DNA of 64,000 bases from an uncultured Desulfospira sp. (GCA_963663165.1 OY760175.1:1088001-1152000); one strand, 5' to 3'; shown: positions 9,433 to 20,240, counted from the stretch's first letter. Numbers and translations: made by a program. Notes: generated by a model not told the origin, from the letters alone.

Positions 9433-10753
9433 TATTTAACCGACTGAACACTCCATAGCTGACCAGAATATCAAGGGCCCTTTGGATCTGTGAATCCTGG
9501 GCCAGCCGTTCTTCATCCAGCAAAGAAGCCGTTGCATCTTCTTCAAAGGACTCTTGCTCCTCTCCTTCAGGCTCAAGGCTGTTTTTTAAGTCCTTTTCTT
9601 TGATCATCCGGTCAAAGGGGGATACCTTTTTTTCTTTCTTCTCCAGCACTTCGTAGGCCACCGTAATATCCGGTTCAATCCCCTTGGCCTGAATGGACCT
9701 TCCGCTGGGCGTGTAATACCGGGCAATGGTATATTTTAAACCAAACCCATCCTTTAGAGGACGGACGGTCTGAACCGATCCCTTTCCAAAAGACGTGGTC
9801 CCCAAAATCAGGCCCCGGGAATTGTCCTGAAGTGCCCCGGCCACAATTTCCGAGGCGGATGCGGTTCCGCCGTTGATCAGCACGGCGATGGGATAGTGTC
9901 TTGTTTTGGTGTTAAGGGTGGCATTGTATACCTCATTGTTTCTGGCCCGCCGTCCCTTGATGGAAACAATGGTGCCCGACTCCAGAAACAGGTCTGAGAT
10001 GCCAATGGCCTGATCAAGAAGACCGCCGGGGTTATCCCGCAAATCAATAATCAGCCCTTTGAGCCCTTCCTTGGCATCGGCTTCGAGTTTTTCAAGCTGT
10101 TCTCTGGTTTCGTCATCCGTGTTCATCCGAAAGTTAGTGATTCTCAGATAGGCATACCCGGGCTTGAGAAAAGCAGACCGGACACTGGTCATGGGGATTA
10201 AATCCCGTTTGATGGTATAGTCTAACGGGGCGGGCTCCTCGTTGCGGACAATGGTGATCTGAACCGCTTCAAACCGCGGCCCCCTCATTTTGTTGACCGC
10301 CTCCCACAGGGCCATGCCCTTTGTGGTCAGGTCATCAATTTTAATGATGATGTCCCCGGCCTTGATCCCGGCCCGGTAGGCCGGAGTCCCTTCAATGGGC
10401 GAGACCACAGTGAGAATTCCTTCCTTCATGGTAATCACTATGCCGATGCCTGAAAATTCTCCCTTGGTGTCATCCTTAAGATCTTCAAAGGCTTCGGGGG
10501 GCATAAAGCTTGAATGGGGGTCCAGATTGCCCACCATCCCCTTGATGGAATTGTGGATCAGCTCATCGGCATCCACCTCATCCACATAATTTTTTTCCAA
10601 TTCTTCCAACACATCGGTAAACAGCTTCAAAGACGTATAGGTCTTGTCAGTTTCCCCGAAACAGGCCGGCGGCCCTGTCAAAATCCCTGTTAGCAGGATG
10701 ACAGCCAATACCGGTGCCAAAGGTTCAACACATTTCAACCATCTTGATTTCAT
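9422..10753 (-). CDS. ctpA: S41 carboxyl-terminal processing protease
   Basis: LDPHS, PDZ (GIGIVI), DLRDNPGGLL, TASASEI, FGKGSVQ. Confidence 0.95.
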   Translation of the reverse strand: MKSRWLKCVEPLAPVLAVILLTGILTGPPACFGETDKTYTSLKLFTDVLEELEKNYVDEVDADELIHNSIKGMVGNLDPHSSFMPPEAFEDLKDDTKGEFSGIGIVITMKEGILTVVSPIEGTPAYRAGIKAGDIIIKIDDLTTKGMALWEAVNKMRGPRFEAVQITIVRNEEPAPLDYTIKRDLIPMTSVRSAFLKPGYAYLRITNFRMNTDDETREQLEKLEADAKEGLKGLIIDLRDNPGGLLDQAIGISDLFLESGTIVSIKGRRARNNEVYNATLNTKTRHYPIAVLINGGTASASEIVAGALQDNSRGLILGTTSFGKGSVQTVRPLKDGFGLKYTIARYYTPSGRSIQAKGIEPDITVAYEVLEKKEKKVSPFDRMIKEKDLKNSLEPEGEEQESFEEDATASLLDEERLAQDSQIQRALDILVSYGVFSRLNNGK

Positions 10754-10762
10754 CTATTCTAG

Positions 10763-12313
10763 CTATGCTCCTTTTTCCAGCCAGTCCATGGGATTGAGAG
10801 GTTTGCCATGGTGCCTGATCTCAAAATGAAGGCAAAGCCCGGTCATGGAACCGGTGTCCCCGGCCGTTGCAATGACTTCGCCCGTATCCACCCGTTCGCC
10901 CTTTTTCTTAAACATCTCTTCCACATGGGCATACAGGGTATAATAATTGTCTCCATGATTGATAATCAAAAGGTTGCCGTAGCCTTTGAGCCAGTCGGCA
11001 AACATGATTTCTCCTTTGAAAACCGATCGGACGGGTTCGCCCCTTTCCACCCTTATATCAATTCCCTTTTGAAAAGTGAAGGCTTTGTAATCCCCGCTGC
11101 GTGAGGGGCCGAACCGGGATACCACCTGCCCTTTTACCGGAAAAACAAGCCGGCCCCTTAACCGGCCAAACGCGCTTTTATGCGTCGCCCCCCGGGATTC
11201 CCGGGAGGCTGCCGGGGGGGCGTTCTGGCCAAGACCGCTCATTTTCTGATCCAGGCGGCTGGCCGATTCCTTTAAGGCGGCCAGGGCGGCCAGGGAAAGC
11301 TGTTTTTTTCTTCGAATGTCCCTTAACAACGCCTCTTTTTTCTGGGTTTCCTTTTCTTTTATCCGGATTTGCATCCTTAATTTTTTTTCTTTTTCGGCTT
11401 TTTCCGTGATTTGGTGTTCCATATTTTCACGGGCCGTTGTCAGGGATTGCAGATCCTTGTTCCAGGATTCAAGGATACGGCTGTCCGATTCAATGATCCG
11501 TTCCATGGCGTTCTGGCGGACAAAAAAATCATACAAAGAGCCCGGCACGGCCGCGGTTTTAAATTCCCCGGCCTTCCCGAGTTTGTAAAGGGCGGTGAGC
11601 CGTTTTCCGGCATAAATCCGGTTTTCTTCAAGTTTACGGGTCAGGGTTTCAATATCGGCCTGCCCCTGTTTGATCTGTTCTTCAAGTCCGGTGACGTCTC
11701 TGGTGAGCCGGTCCGCACTGATCCTGGCCTGGTTCAGTGCCCGGTCAATATGGTCAAGCCCTTCAATAATTTCTTGTTCTTCTTTGGAAATCGCAGACAG
11801 CTTTTCATTTTCCCCGGCTATTTTCAAGGCAAGGTTCGCCTTTTGATCAGCTGCGTTGTTCTGGGCCGGTTCGGCGTCCTTGGCCGGTGCTGGGGCCTTG
11901 GCTGCCGGCCGGTCTTTTTTTAAACCCGTCTGGCTGGTTTTTACCGGCACCTCAGTCACTTTGGTTGCCTCCTGAGGCGGGGTGCCGGGTTTTGAAGCCG
12001 GTAACCGTCGCACATACCTGGGCCGGTTCCGGACATACCCGGTTTTCCCGTTGAAAACAACGGTAAGCCACCCGCCGATGCCGCCTTCTTCGGCAATGAC
12101 GTCCACCTGCTCTCCTTTGTCCATGACGGCCAAAACCGGCGATCCCTGGGCCGGCGCTTTTCGAAGATTAAGCTTTACCGAAACCACCGCTCCCCGGTAA
12201 AGCACCTGGCGGTCTGCCGAAACCGCGGGTCCGGGCAGGATCAGGGACAAAGCCAGCATCAGGCCGGCCAAAAGCCCGGTTATTTTAAAATCTGTTTTAA
12301 AGAAAGATAACAT
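10763..12313 (-). CDS. envC: EnvC-like murein hydrolase activator (SH3 + coiled coil + degenerate M23)
   Basis: LNLRKAP SH3, long coiled coil, QKGIDI, YAH, LHFEIR; downstream of ftsEX. Start is uncertain (12259-12322). Confidence 0.85.
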   Translation of the reverse strand: MLSFFKTDFKITGLLAGLMLALSLILPGPAVSADRQVLYRGAVVSVKLNLRKAPAQGSPVLAVMDKGEQVDVIAEEGGIGGWLTVVFNGKTGYVRNRPRYVRRLPASKPGTPPQEATKVTEVPVKTSQTGLKKDRPAAKAPAPAKDAEPAQNNAADQKANLALKIAGENEKLSAISKEEQEIIEGLDHIDRALNQARISADRLTRDVTGLEEQIKQGQADIETLTRKLEENRIYAGKRLTALYKLGKAGEFKTAAVPGSLYDFFVRQNAMERIIESDSRILESWNKDLQSLTTARENMEHQITEKAEKEKKLRMQIRIKEKETQKKEALLRDIRRKKQLSLAALAALKESASRLDQKMSGLGQNAPPAASRESRGATHKSAFGRLRGRLVFPVKGQVVSRFGPSRSGDYKAFTFQKGIDIRVERGEPVRSVFKGEIMFADWLKGYGNLLIINHGDNYYTLYAHVEEMFKKKGERVDTGEVIATAGDTGSMTGLCLHFEIRHHGKPLNPMDWLEKGA

Positions 12314-13158
12314 CCAAACCACCCCAGAAAGGTGCTGGCCAGTATGAGCAGGCCAAGGGTTTCCAAAGACAGAAACCGGATATCCATTAAAAGACGGGTT
12401 TCAAAATTTTTTTCAATGGCCGACGAAATGCTCAGGTATGCCGTAAACAGGATGCCGGTCCCCAGGATCCCGCCGATCAGTCCCTGCAGGGCCCCTTCAA
12501 CGTAAAAAGGGGTTTTGATAAAGCCTTCCGTGGCCCCGACCAGCCGCATGATCTCCACCTCAAGCTCCCTTGAATGAAAGGCCATGCGAACCGTATTGGC
12601 AGTGATAAACAAAGCAATCAGTAAAAACAGGCTGCACATGACATACCCGGTGATCTTAAACAGGTGAAAGACCTTTAAAAAACGGTCCAGCCATTGCCGG
12701 CCGTATTCCACACTTTCAACCAGGTCCATGGCGCTGATTTTTTCCGTAAGGGCCTTGATCTTGTCATAATCATCAAAGCTTAACATCCGGATCTCAAAGG
12801 CATGGGGAAGTGGATTCTGATTTAAAGTTTCCAGAAAATCCGTGCTCGCCATGTCCTGCTTGAGCCGGTCCAATGCCTGCTCCTTTGAGATAAACACAAT
12901 GGATTCCACACCGCCCAAATCCCGGATACGGTCCTTGAGCCCTGCCATATGTTCCACCTGAAAGTCATCCTCAAGGTAAACCATGGCCCGGCCCCCCTGG
13001 TTCCAGGACTGGATCACCCGCCCGGCGTTTTCAAAAAAAAGCAGAAACAGGGAGACCACCAGGATGGACAAGGAGATGGTGACAATGGTGATCAGGTTCA
13101 TAAACCGGTTGGAACGAATATCGGTCAGGGCCTTTTTGATATATCGGGTCATGATCAT
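12280..13158 (-). CDS. ftsX: Cell division permease
   Basis: Four TM segments, NPLP, EVEIMRLVGAT..FIKTPF..EG. Confidence 0.93.
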   Translation of the reverse strand: MIMTRYIKKALTDIRSNRFMNLITIVTISLSILVVSLFLLFFENAGRVIQSWNQGGRAMVYLEDDFQVEHMAGLKDRIRDLGGVESIVFISKEQALDRLKQDMASTDFLETLNQNPLPHAFEIRMLSFDDYDKIKALTEKISAMDLVESVEYGRQWLDRFLKVFHLFKITGYVMCSLFLLIALFITANTVRMAFHSRELEVEIMRLVGATEGFIKTPFYVEGALQGLIGGILGTGILFTAYLSISSAIEKNFETRLLMDIRFLSLETLGLLILASTFLGWFGCYLSLKQILK

Positions 13159-13163
13159 CCTTT

Positions 13164-13859
13164 TTAAAGCATGGTCAATGTTTTCACCAGTTCTCCGTTT
13201 TCAAGCGCGATATTCCGGCCTTTGATCATGGTTTCCAACAAGAACACATTATGGCTTGCCATGATCACGGTGGCCCCCTTGCTGTGGTACTTCATCAGGG
13301 CATCAAGAACCAGCCGGGCAGACTTTTCATCCAGGCTTCCCGTGGGTTCGTCGGCCAGGATGATTTCAGGTTCTCCCACAATGGCCCTTGCCACAGCCAC
13401 CCGCTGCTGCTCTCCGCCGGACAGGGTCGGCGGCAGGGCCTTGGCCTTGTCTTCCATTCCCGTGCTTTTGAGAACGGCCATCACCCGTTTGCGGATAAGG
13501 GAGGGTTTTTCGCCGGCCGCCTCTAAGACCAGGGCCACATTATCAAACACCGTCCGGGTGGGGATCAGCTTGAAGTCCTGAAATACCATGCCGAATTTGC
13601 GCCTTAAAAACGGCAGCTTAAAAGACGAAATCCGGGCAAGGTTCATGCCGCCGATAATAATCTGTCCTTTTGTGACCTTTTCGGCCAGGTAAAGCACCTT
13701 GAGCAGTGTTGATTTTCCGGCCCCCGAAGGACCGGTTACAAAAACAAATTCCCCGGGGAAAATCTCCATGGAGATATCTTTTAAGGCCAGTTTGGTACCG
13801 TACTGCTTACAGACATTGAACATTCTGACAATGGGCTTTTCTGTCGGTTTCAGCTTCAT
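13164..13859 (-). CDS. ftsE: Cell division ABC ATPase
   Basis: [32 protein letters not shown]. Confidence 0.95.
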   Translation of the reverse strand: MKLKPTEKPIVRMFNVCKQYGTKLALKDISMEIFPGEFVFVTGPSGAGKSTLLKVLYLAEKVTKGQIIIGGMNLARISSFKLPFLRRKFGMVFQDFKLIPTRTVFDNVALVLEAAGEKPSLIRKRVMAVLKSTGMEDKAKALPPTLSGGEQQRVAVARAIVGEPEIILADEPTGSLDEKSARLVLDALMKYHSKGATVIMASHNVFLLETMIKGRNIALENGELVKTLTML

Positions 13860-13898
13860 AGAGTCCGGTGCTTAAAATTGGGTGAAGAATCCTAAAAA

Positions 13899-13927
13899 TT
13901 GACTGAGACTGAACTTAACTGTATAAT
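13899..13927 (+). promoter_or_regulatory. Sigma70-type promoter
   Basis: TTGACT-N17-TATAAT. Confidence 0.75.
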
Positions 13928-14082
13928 CGGCCAGTGTCAAGGAGTGCTGACCACAGTTTTTCTTACACAAAGCCTTCACTGAAACCCGTAAACCGGCTTC
14001 TTCCAATCAGTGGAGGCTTTTATTTGATAATTAGAGGATAAGCAGCCGGTGATGATTGTATTGATTTTCGGACCTGAACACC

Positions 14083-14874
14083 ATGATTTTATTTGATTCC
14101 CACTGCCACCTTGATGACAAATCCTATCACCGGGATATAGAAACTGTTTTTTCCCGGGCCGGCCAGGAAGGGGTGCTTGCCCTGATGCTGGTGGGCATTG
14201 ACCTTGAGACCACCCAAAAAGCTATTGCCCTTGCCAAAGACCGACCGAATGTGGTGACATCGGCCGGCATCCATCCCCATTATGCAGCGGATTGTTCCCG
14301 AAAGTTGTTGAACACCCTCATGGGCCTTGTAAGGGAAAATCCCTGTATCCGGGCCTGGGGGGAAACCGGCCTGGATTTCAACCGGATGCATTCCCCCCAG
14401 GCAGACCAGGAGCAATGCTTTTCTGCCCAGCTCGGGATTGCCGGGGCCTTAGACCTTCCCCTGATTTTTCACGAACGCGATTCCAACGGAAGGTTTTATG
14501 AAATCCTGAAAACAGACGGTCCCAAAGACCGCAAAGGGGTGGTCCACTGTTTTTCCGGCACCAGAGAAGAGATGTTCAAATACCTGGATTTGGGTTATTA
14601 CATCGGAATCACCGGCATTGTGACCATTCTCAAGCGCGGCGCCCTGTTAAGGGAGATAGCCCCCCTGATTCCCGAAGACCGCCTCCTCATAGAAACCGAC
14701 GCCCCCTACCTGACCCCCTCCCCTGTTAAAAACAAGGTCCGGCGCAATGAGCCCGCCTTTGTAAAATATGTTCTTTTAAAGCTTGCCGAAGTCAGAAAAA
14801 CCGACCCGGAACGGCTCTCAAAGGTCATTTTCAACAACACCCAGCAGCTTTACGGAACGGATTTTGAAATTTAG
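14083..14874 (+). CDS. tatD: TatD-family nuclease
   Basis: DSHCH, GIHPH, GETGLD, HER, VHCFSG, ETDAPYL. Confidence 0.95.
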   Translation: MILFDSHCHLDDKSYHRDIETVFSRAGQEGVLALMLVGIDLETTQKAIALAKDRPNVVTSAGIHPHYAADCSRKLLNTLMGLVRENPCIRAWGETGLDFNRMHSPQADQEQCFSAQLGIAGALDLPLIFHERDSNGRFYEILKTDGPKDRKGVVHCFSGTREEMFKYLDLGYYIGITGIVTILKRGALLREIAPLIPEDRLLIETDAPYLTPSPVKNKVRRNEPAFVKYVLLKLAEVRKTDPERLSKVIFNNTQQLYGTDFEI

Positions 14875-14967
14875 GTTCCCGGCGGAGACGCCACCGGATT
14901 CCCCCGTTTCTATGAACCTTATTCGGGCAAAGGAAAACTCAAATCCCGAATATCACAAAAATGAGTT

Positions 14968-16353
14968 TTGATACCAAAGCTTATCTTTGTTATATTGGAC
15001 ATTTCAGGAAGGGAACAATTTGAAGTGTATCATCGGATATTAAAAATATTAATTGCAACACAGAATCATCAGCTTGAAACATTTCTTCAAAAGGTGCCGG
15101 CGGCTGACAGATTCTCACATGAATTTTTCTGCTGCCCGGATATGGCCGGAATCGACCTGAAAGGGTATGGGGTTATTGTGCTGGATTTGGGTTCTCTCCC
15201 GTCGGCATCCATTGAAAAAATTCTTGCCGCAAAAGACGAACATGCCGTTGTTGTGGGCTGTTTTTCTGCCGACAGCTTTGCAGCCCTGGCCGAACATTAT
15301 CCGCTTTTGGACCAGATCTGGATCAAGCCGTTTGTTCAAGACAAGGTTCAGTCCTCGTTCACACAGATACTGGACCGACTGAAGCGACAGGAAGATTCAG
15401 CCCTGACCCAAACATATCTGGACACCATGATCGACAGCCTGCCGGACCTGATCTGGTTCAAGGATGCAAAGGGGGCGCATTTAAAAGTCAATGACAGCTT
15501 CTGCCGGGTTGTCAATAAATCAAAGGCCCAGATCGAAGGCCGCGGGCATTATTATATCTGGGACCTTAAACCGGATGAATATGCCCAGGGGGAATATGTC
15601 TGCCTGGAATCAGAAGAGATTGTGCTCAACAAAAAGGAGACCTGCCTTTTCGATGAAACCGTAAAATGCGCAGATGAATTCCGCAAATTCAAAACCTACA
15701 AATCACCCATTTTCGACGATGACGGCAGCGTTATCGGCACGGTCGGATTTGCCCACGATGTGACCGACCTGCAAAATCTGCTGATTGAATTGAACATCCT
15801 GATAGAAAGCCTGCCCTTTGCCGTTATGATCACAGACAAGGACAGAACAATTACCAGTGTCAATCAAAAGTTTCTGGATAATTTTATGATAGACCGTATA
15901 GAGGTGATCGGCAAACCCGTTGATACGCTCCTGGATGAAACCAAGACTTTCACCCGTAATAAAAAATGGATCATTGAGCAAAAAAAGGAGGGCATCCAGT
16001 TTCTTTCTGAAAACAGGGTCCTCAAAATGCACGAAGAAAAGCTACTGGATACCTTCGGCAAACTGGCCGGCTATATCCATCTTTTTATGGACGTTACCCT
16101 TGAGCATCAGTTGCTTGAAGAAAAAAACAAGCTCGAAAAGGCGATTGAAGAAATAAAGAAATTAAGCGGGCTGCTCCCTATCTGCGCTTCCTGTAAGAAA
16201 ATCAGGGACGATAAAGGGTACTGGAAACAGATTGAGTCCTACATCATTGCCCATTCGGAAGCCAGATTCAGTCACGGATTGTGCCCTGAATGTTCGGAAA
16301 AATTATACGGGGATCAGGCCTGGTATAAAAAATCAAAAGAGCAAAAAAAATAA
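14968..16353 (+). CDS. PAS-domain sensor protein with Cys/His C-terminal motif
   Basis: Two PAS domains (LPDLIWFKD, LPFAVMITD). C-terminus LLPICASCKKIRDDKGYW...SHGLCPEC. Start uncertain. Confidence 0.85.
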   Translation: MIPKLIFVILDISGREQFEVYHRILKILIATQNHQLETFLQKVPAADRFSHEFFCCPDMAGIDLKGYGVIVLDLGSLPSASIEKILAAKDEHAVVVGCFSADSFAALAEHYPLLDQIWIKPFVQDKVQSSFTQILDRLKRQEDSALTQTYLDTMIDSLPDLIWFKDAKGAHLKVNDSFCRVVNKSKAQIEGRGHYYIWDLKPDEYAQGEYVCLESEEIVLNKKETCLFDETVKCADEFRKFKTYKSPIFDDDGSVIGTVGFAHDVTDLQNLLIELNILIESLPFAVMITDKDRTITSVNQKFLDNFMIDRIEVIGKPVDTLLDETKTFTRNKKWIIEQKKEGIQFLSENRVLKMHEEKLLDTFGKLAGYIHLFMDVTLEHQLLEEKNKLEKAIEEIKKLSGLLPICASCKKIRDDKGYWKQIESYIIAHSEARFSHGLCPECSEKLYGDQAWYKKSKEQKK

Positions 16354-16493
16354 GCGGACAAAACTGGGGGTTCCGGCTCTTTTTTGGGATGGCGACAGCC
16401 GCCCCGCACACTAAAATACAGGCACCGTTATCCATGATTCAAGATCATTTCAAACGGCGCCTGTTCAGATTTTAAAAAGGTTCGATCCGGGCC

Positions 16494-17342
16494 CTATTGG
16501 GCCTGAAGCACGATCTCGCCCAGGTTCTTGCTGGCGTTTGTCTTCACCGAAACCTCTTCAGAACCATAGCCGGCATGCTCAACGACCACCACATACTCCT
16601 GGTTGTTTTCAAGGCTGGTAAACTCAAAGTCGCCGAGAAAATCCGTTACCGTTTCGGCCACCGGATTGCCGTCAGCGGTTTTAAGGACCACTTTGACGCC
16701 GCCGGCACAATCCTTTTCCTGGTCAGAAAAGACAACTTCACCGGCCACAAAGGTTTTGGGCAACCCCATATATTGGGTGACCGGCTTGGTATCGTGTTCG
16801 GGCATGAGCGATTCGAGTTTGTCCTTGTTGCCGGCCAGGAACTTGGAAATCTCGCTGTTGGGATCTTCTGTATCCCCAAACATTAAGGCCCCGGTGGGGC
16901 ATGCTTCGGCACAGCGAACAGTTTTTTCACCGTTGTCCAGCATGTGGGCACACATGGTGCATTTCTGGGCCACCTGTTTTTCTTCATTCCAGAATATGGC
17001 GCGGTAGGGGCAGGCATTGACCAGGTCTTTGTTGCCTTTGGCCTTGACCGGATCAATAACCACAATGCCGTCTTCCCGTGTGTAAACGGCGCCGTCGGGA
17101 GCCGCAGTGGCGCAGACGGGATTTTCACAGTGCTGGCACATGATGGGGACATAATCCACTTTGACCTTCCAGCCGGTTCCGTACTCCACCTCTTTGAGGC
17201 GGATCCAGTCGGCACCGCCGTCGGGCTGTGCCACGGATACCGGCAGATAGTCATTGGTATCAAACTCGTCTTTACATGCAACAAAGCAGTTATAACATCC
17301 GTTGCATTTGGTTACATCAATTGCAAGTGCATATTTTGCCAT
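16494..17342 (-). CDS. Transhydroxylase-type Fe-S small subunit
   Basis: CNGCYNCFVAC, CQHCENPVC, degenerate AKGNKDLVNACP, CTMC..CAEACP, TDFLGDF. Start at MAKYAL. Confidence 0.93.
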   Translation of the reverse strand: MAKYALAIDVTKCNGCYNCFVACKDEFDTNDYLPVSVAQPDGGADWIRLKEVEYGTGWKVKVDYVPIMCQHCENPVCATAAPDGAVYTREDGIVVIDPVKAKGNKDLVNACPYRAIFWNEEKQVAQKCTMCAHMLDNGEKTVRCAEACPTGALMFGDTEDPNSEISKFLAGNKDKLESLMPEHDTKPVTQYMGLPKTFVAGEVVFSDQEKDCAGGVKVVLKTADGNPVAETVTDFLGDFEFTSLENNQEYVVVVEHAGYGSEEVSVKTNASKNLGEIVLQAQ

Positions 17343-17346
17343 GATT

Positions 17347-19863
17347 TCATCCCTCCCACTTTCTGATTTCACACAGACATGAATTGGGAGTCATGCCCGG
17401 CGCATGTTTAGACATATGTCTAGATGACGTCAACAGATTAACACATCCGCCTTTGTCGGGCGAGCCGGCTTTGCCGGGAATAATGGGATCATACTTTGCA
17501 GAGCAGCCGTAACTGTGCAGAATTCCTTTGGGAACACGTTCGGTCACGTCGGCAATACAGAGGACCGATCCCCTGTCATTGTAAAGTTCAACAATATCCC
17601 CGCCAGCGATATTCCGTTCCTTGGCATCTTCGGGGTTGATGCGGGCAGGCCACCAGTAGTAGCCGTCCTTTTCAACACGGTGAAGGGGAATTTTATGAAT
17701 CCATGAACAGACATCATACTCCACATGGAAGGAAAACCGCGGGTGAGGCATGATAATCTGCAAGGGGTATTTCTTGTACGGCTCACTTTTGTACCCTTCC
17801 CATGAGGGAATGAAATGGGGCACAATGGGCCGTTCCTCATCATCGGGCATGTTCTGCTTCAAGGATTCCGAGGCAAACTCAATCTTGCCGGTATAGGTGC
17901 CCAGTTCGCAGGCCTTGTCGGTCCCCCGTTTTTTGTTCCCCGTATCCGGGGTGTCCACAGGACGGCCTTCGGCAAACCAGCGCAGTCCCGGTGTGGGTTT
18001 GTAATCATCGGGGATGGGGATCAGGTGATATCCTTTTTTATTGAACTCTTCCCAGGGAACCGTCTTGGCCACATCGGAAGACTCATAAAAGAGGCGGCAC
18101 CAGTCTTCTTCGGTATTTCCTTCAGAAAACAGCTCTTCCATGCCCAGCCGTTCAGACAGAAGCCTTAAAATCTCATAGTCTGATTTGGATTCGCCCAGGG
18201 GTTCAATACATTTCATTTCACGGACAATCACCCGGTAGTTGTTGCCGATATGGGCATTGGTGGTGTAACCGCCGCAGGCAGACCATTCGCCAAGGTCGTC
18301 CCGTTCAAAGTTGGTGCAGGCCGGCAGGATAATGTCGGCAAACTTGGTTTCACTCATGAACCAGCAGTCCTGATTCACCACAAACTCCAGGTTCTCAGAC
18401 TGGTACATTCTCACCCACTTGTTGGTGTCCAGCATGGTCCCGATAAAGGAGCCGCCGTACCGGTAGAACATCTTGGCCAGGCCTTCCTGGGGATAGATAT
18501 TGTGGGTAAACTGCTGCTCAAGGCTCTGGCCGCAGAACCCTTCCCCGTAAAAATCCTCTTTGCCGGTCATGAAGGCTTCGGGCAGGGTCAGCCGGAACAG
18601 GCGCTGTTTGGTGGGGTTCTCAAAGCAAAGCTGCCGTTTGGCCACGGGCGATCTGCCCATCTGGCCCCTGGGTTCTGCATATCCCGGAAACCATGTGTCG
18701 GAATCGGCGGGTGCGCCCATGGTAAGCCCCCAGATGGACCGGCCGGGTTTGCCAAGGCCCTGCATGGCGGCCAGGGCAACCATCATCCGGGCCCATTCCG
18801 TTCCAAAAGCGGTCCGGCATGCGCTGCCCTCGCCACCGCGGCTTCCGCAGCTTAAAATGGTCCGTTTTTTGGCCCATTCCCTGGCCAGGGCGTAAATCTT
18901 TCTGGCCGGGATACCGGATTCATCTTCTGCCCATTCCGGGGTTTTGGGATAATTGCCGTCTCCCTCACCTAAGATATAGGCTTCAAACTGGTCAAAGCCC
19001 ACGGTTTTCTCGGCAATGTATTCTTTGTCATAGGTCCCTTCTGTCAGCCATACATAGGCGATGGACATGGCCAGGGCCGTATCCGAACCCGGGCGGGGCG
19101 GCAGCCAGGTGCCGTCCATGGTGGCCTGGGTGTAATTGTGGAAGGGGTCGATACAAATCACCTTTATCCCTTTTTCCTTGAGCCATACCCGCCAGATGGC
19201 GGATTCCTGGCCGCTGTAGGTGCCGCGGGTTGAATCCGGGTCACTGGACCACAGGACAATCATCTCCCCGTTTTGAAGGGCATCTTCCAGAAGGTCAAAC
19301 TGTTCGGGCATGCCCAGGCGCCAGTAAAATCCGTACATGTGGGTGGCACCCCAGTGCCATCCTTCCCAGGAATCGGTATTGTCAAGGATGGGCGTATAGT
19401 TGAGCATGTGCATAAACCGGTGGAACGGGCCCATTTTATAGCCCACAATCCCCCAGTTGTGATGGGAAGAGGTCATGCCCGTGATGGCGTGGCCGCCGTA
19501 GGTGTCGGTCAGGCGTTTGATTTCACTGGAAACAATGGTCAGTGCTTCATCCCAGCTGATTCTGACGTATCCGGATTTTCCGCGGTTCTGGGGGTTACGT
19601 TCCCCATTGGGGTCGAAATCCACCCGTTTCATGGGATAGAGAATACGATTTTTTGAGTAGACACGGCTTCTTTCCGCACAGGCTGTGGGCGCAAGGCGCA
19701 GTGCCCTGGGCGGTGAATACTTCTTTCCATCCGCTTCTATGGTCCATGGTTTGAATTCTTCGGCCGGAACCTGCAATGGCCGCATGCGGGTAATTTTCCC
19801 GTCTCTGACATAGACAGAAACAGGCCCGCCGCCAGTGAGATTGGTAAATACTTTTTCTTCCAT
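17347..19863 (-). CDS. Pyrogallol-phloroglucinol transhydroxylase-like Mo enzyme, large subunit
   Basis: GGPVSVYVRDGKI, SSHHNWG, DSWEGWHWG, FPGYAE, CGGY. No Tat signal. Confidence 0.92.
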   Translation of the reverse strand: MEEKVFTNLTGGGPVSVYVRDGKITRMRPLQVPAEEFKPWTIEADGKKYSPPRALRLAPTACAERSRVYSKNRILYPMKRVDFDPNGERNPQNRGKSGYVRISWDEALTIVSSEIKRLTDTYGGHAITGMTSSHHNWGIVGYKMGPFHRFMHMLNYTPILDNTDSWEGWHWGATHMYGFYWRLGMPEQFDLLEDALQNGEMIVLWSSDPDSTRGTYSGQESAIWRVWLKEKGIKVICIDPFHNYTQATMDGTWLPPRPGSDTALAMSIAYVWLTEGTYDKEYIAEKTVGFDQFEAYILGEGDGNYPKTPEWAEDESGIPARKIYALAREWAKKRTILSCGSRGGEGSACRTAFGTEWARMMVALAAMQGLGKPGRSIWGLTMGAPADSDTWFPGYAEPRGQMGRSPVAKRQLCFENPTKQRLFRLTLPEAFMTGKEDFYGEGFCGQSLEQQFTHNIYPQEGLAKMFYRYGGSFIGTMLDTNKWVRMYQSENLEFVVNQDCWFMSETKFADIILPACTNFERDDLGEWSACGGYTTNAHIGNNYRVIVREMKCIEPLGESKSDYEILRLLSERLGMEELFSEGNTEEDWCRLFYESSDVAKTVPWEEFNKKGYHLIPIPDDYKPTPGLRWFAEGRPVDTPDTGNKKRGTDKACELGTYTGKIEFASESLKQNMPDDEERPIVPHFIPSWEGYKSEPYKKYPLQIIMPHPRFSFHVEYDVCSWIHKIPLHRVEKDGYYWWPARINPEDAKERNIAGGDIVELYNDRGSVLCIADVTERVPKGILHSYGCSAKYDPIIPGKAGSPDKGGCVNLLTSSRHMSKHAPGMTPNSCLCEIRKWEG

Positions 19864-19969
19864 TAAGCTATCCTCTCTTAATATGCTTTCGTAACAAGAA
19901 TACGATACCGTTTCCGGCAGTATTTTCCCGTATCAGACTTCCCAAAGCAGGCCAATATTCCGGTTTGGT

Positions 19970-20034
19970 GTTCCGTATACCGAAACATCAGCGCTTATTT
20001 TAAATTAGTATACACCACAGCCTTCTTGAGTCAA
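19970..20034 (-). promoter_or_regulatory. Sigma70 promoter with downstream IclR-type operator
   Basis: Minus-strand TTGACT-N16-TATACT (20034-20007). Imperfect palindrome GTTCCGTATACCGAAAC (19970-19986). Related site GTGCCGACATACGAAAC at 20196-20212. Confidence 0.6.
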
Positions 20035-20240
20035 GAAATTTCCGCAGAAAAACGGTCGGCCTTTTTGGCATCGAATCACATATATTCGGCAATTCGTCTG
20101 GTTTTCAGGTCATTGAATCGATCTTCACATCCCTGATTTTATCTTCACATATTGTGCCTCATATATTGACAAAACAGAACAAAACCTATAGTAATGTGCC
20201 GACATACGAAACGAAACGATCATTAGGCAAAGACAAACAC

